Source of the DNA: Guillardia theta CCMP2712
Taxonomy: Eukaryota; Protista; Cryptophyta
Length of the DNA stretch: 64,000 nucleotides
Direction of reading: 5' to 3'
NCBI RefSeq assembly: GCF_000315625.1
Contig: NW_005434664.1
Span: 62,001 to 126,000, forward strand
Part shown: positions 61,299 through 64,000 of the stretch, piece after piece
Layout of the letters: each line of letters begins with the position of its first letter
Numbering within the stretch: position 1 is the first letter of the stretch
Notes under the pieces: generated by a model
Told to the model about the DNA's origin: nothing
Databases searched by the model: none
The model's input: only the letters and a program-made list of their open reading frames with translations
Position numbers and translations under genes: made by a program

Positions 61299-64000
61299 AT
61301 GGCGGACGATCTGCCGCCTGAAGATGTCATGGTTTGGACGGATAGGGATGGAATCACCTACAAGATCAGTTTCCAACATGTAAGGATGAGGACTCTTGTT
61401 CTTTACAAGTTTCACTTATTCCTCACATCTCTGCATTATGATCATTTTCTGTTGTCTCTGTGCTGCTCGGTTGTATCATCTGAGACTTGAGTCATCAGGC
61501 CAAACTTTTGTATATAGTCTCCCACTATGCAAGGGCATCCATCAAAGACAATCAGCCGGTAACGTGACGTGTGAAGTTCTCGATATCATGTCCATCTGAA
61601 CGCATGGCAGGAAACATGGATGCGGCAGCTGCAACTGGATGTCTTGATCTTCGAAGGGGTAAAGGCTTCGCGATTGGCCATGAGCGACACGACCTGAACA
61701 ACTTGTCAGATCCTTGCAAGGAAGCTCGACTTCGACTATGCGCCTGAATCTACCATGTGCAAACATGATGCGTCTCGCGGAAAGATGTGACGAGGAATGC
61801 AGACAGCCGATCATAGAGGAGGAGGCAGTCAGATGTGTGCGTCAATACATGAATATGTGAGAGACTTCAGCGCGTCTCTCCACGTTGAAGGCTTTACAGA
61901 AGCCAAGAGGGACGAAGCGCTATCTATGATCTGACAGAGCAAGGATTCTTGAATACCTTGCGACTGCCATCAACGAATCTACTCTCTACCATTGTAAGGG
62001 CAACACCTTTCCATTCATCATTAGTGATCTACCTCGTCAAAGGCACTGCAAGCTTCCCATAAGGGAATGAGGTTGTTGGATGCTCTTCCGCCGCTCCTAC
62101 GATATGATGTGAGTTTTACGATTCTGCTGCTCTTCTTCACCTCAATCCTGCAAACACAGGTGGACGAGTTTCTGTTTTCAAAGCCTGGCCATATGAGAGC
62201 TTTCCTAAAGGATATGTGAGTGCAAGAATTTACACTCGATGATATCGCGTTGTTGATCATATCGCGTTGTTGATGTTCGAAATGGAAGGCATCCGGTTCG
62301 AGATCTGAAACACGTCATAATTGACGAGCAAGGTTTCCTGATTGTGACTGAAAATGGCTTCGAAGAACGTTCAGAGGTAGAAGCTGACTTGTAAGGATGT
62401 GATGCGTTATCTCATGTCTTGGGCAGGTTCTGTTCATTGAAGACATCTCCTACGTGACTAGCCCGTGAGATCGAGCTCTTTCCTCGCGCTTTTCTCAAGT
62501 TTCACTCGAAGGTTTCTACCCTGGTCGCTAAGAAGAAGCGAAGCTCAGATGAGGGACAACTCGACTCGGGTAGATGGCTGACGCTATGTCTTCCTCCTCA
62601 CCTCTCTGTGAAGGCTTGGGAATCTGGGAACGGCAAGTCGCAAGTGCAAGGGGATCTACATGAGTCTTTGATCCTCTCTCAGGTCAGCTGTGTGTCAGTT
62701 TGTTTCCTCTTGTGTGAAGCTCGTCAGGTGCACGCGATACTGATGGAATGGGTTCCAATGTCAGCGAACGAGTTCGGTTGTCATCAACACAGGACTCATT
62801 TCACGCGTGATGACATTCTTCGCAGAAGTCTTCCTGGAAAAGTTTGATGTACGTCAGGGGTAACCGACGTTTTGCATTTCGTTTTCAACCCTCTGAAGAT
62901 GCTGTCACTAGGAACCATAAACGGAGAGTTACAAACATGTTTCAACAAGTCGGAAGTGGGATTTTATCAAAGACTGTAAGCTCCTCAAAAGCTGTAATTC
63001 TCACCAATGAGATCATTCGCAGGGGAAAGACGTTCCTTTGATCAACATCTTGGAGTACAAAGAGAACGATTGTCTTAACTTCGAAGCAGAGATAGGGTCA
63101 GCGCTTGTTTCGATAGACGAATACCTGATGGTGATGATGTTGCAGCTTCAAGAACGATGAGGGGATCTGCCAGGTCGAAGAAGTTGCTGCTCACATCAAC
63201 GCAAATGGGATCGTCGCCTTCGGAGCCAGGGTGGAGGCGATTCAGAACCGATTGGCCGACGATATTTCCATGGACTTGTTGAGCAGACTGCTAACAGACT
63301 TGCAAGTCGACGTCTCTGAGATGATGGAAAACCTCTTGACAACCGCTCAGAATCACATGCTGAAGAGCGCTTTCTGGGGCAACTCAAGCTCTCGATCGAG
63401 ATTCGTGTTGCTCTTCACCTCCAAGATTGATCCCTTGCTCAAAGCAGACGGCTACCTCGATCATGGCGAGTATGAGAATGAGATGTCGCAGGTGATAGGA
63501 CAACTGGTCAGAGCAAGAGATTTCGGGAACAAGAACAACTTTATCGTGGTTGCACAGAGGGGAATGCTCGTGGTAGGCGACCGTTTGAGAAGATACGATC
63601 GTTTGATCTTCATGCTCTGCGAGCTGATCGCCATGAATCAGTTCGCAGTCGTGCTGTACAAATGGACTTCTAACATCCAGAGCGACCTGCAGAGGCTTCG
63701 AATGCTCACAAACGTCCGAGACCCGAACCCCAACCACTTCGACGAGGCGAGGCAGTTGAGGAACGAGACGTCGGAGGACATCGCGTGCCTGGAAGAGATC
63801 ATGATCAACCTCAGCGGGAACTTGAAGAAGGTCCACGTCCCTCCTTCTCCCTTCGAAGACTTCGGGCAGAAACTCTACGACTTCCTCGAGCTCAAGAAGA
63901 CTCACGACAACCTGACGAGACAAATCGAGGACCTGACCAGCTTTGTCTGCTGCTACAAAGCTGAGGTGCGGAGCATCAGCGTCAACCTTCGGACTGCTCA
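61299..64000 (+). CDS. Hypothetical intron-rich gene(s), 3'-partial; may be more than one gene
   Basis: ATG exon MADDLPPEDVMVWTDRDGITYKISFQH|GT. Later plus-strand exon candidates include LFTSKIDPLLKADGYLDHGEYENEMSQ and KLYDFLELKKTHDNLTRQIEDLTSF. Confidence 0.45.

Noticed and set aside
62240-62275. 17-bp direct duplication (ATATCGCGTTGTTGAT..)
   Set aside because: Isolated slippage duplication, probably intronic, with no associated element.
63384-63923. 179-aa minus-strand ORF
   Set aside because: It appears to be the antisense shadow of plus-strand exons bounded by GT/AG signals.

Overview
This is eukaryotic nuclear DNA, most likely from a cryptophyte alga (Guillardia/Hanusia-like). That is an inference from the dense gene packing, many ~45-55 nt GT-AG introns, pentanucleotide microsatellites and an apparent bipartite plastid-targeting leader. 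The first ~23.4 kb is the 3' part of one giant, almost intron-free gene. The two large ORFs are joined by a 51-nt intron, giving >7,700 aa, and the frame is still open at the left edge. The protein is built from ~21 copies of a ~150-aa beta-rich scaffold domain, with ~45 copies of a ~75-aa E/RG/H module inserted at fixed loops, sometimes one inside another. It also has other small modules resembling phage/bacterial surface proteins, half a PA14 domain, two Myxococcus-type Cys-rich repeats and a recent 829-bp internal duplication. The rest of the window holds ordinary genes: SECIS-binding protein 2 (pieced together from short exons), an EF-hand+SPRY protein, a probably plastid-targeted PPR-like protein, an ankyrin protein with a 63-aa tandem repeat, a FAR-17a/AIG1-like membrane protein, a Ulp1/SENP protease, a PH-PDZ-ankyrin-UBA protein, a tiny spliced gene absent from the ORF track, POP5, a SET-domain protein, condensin II CAP-D3, an a-a'-D type protein disulfide isomerase and several hypothetical genes. 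All motif calls and repeat counts were made by eye; no searches were run.
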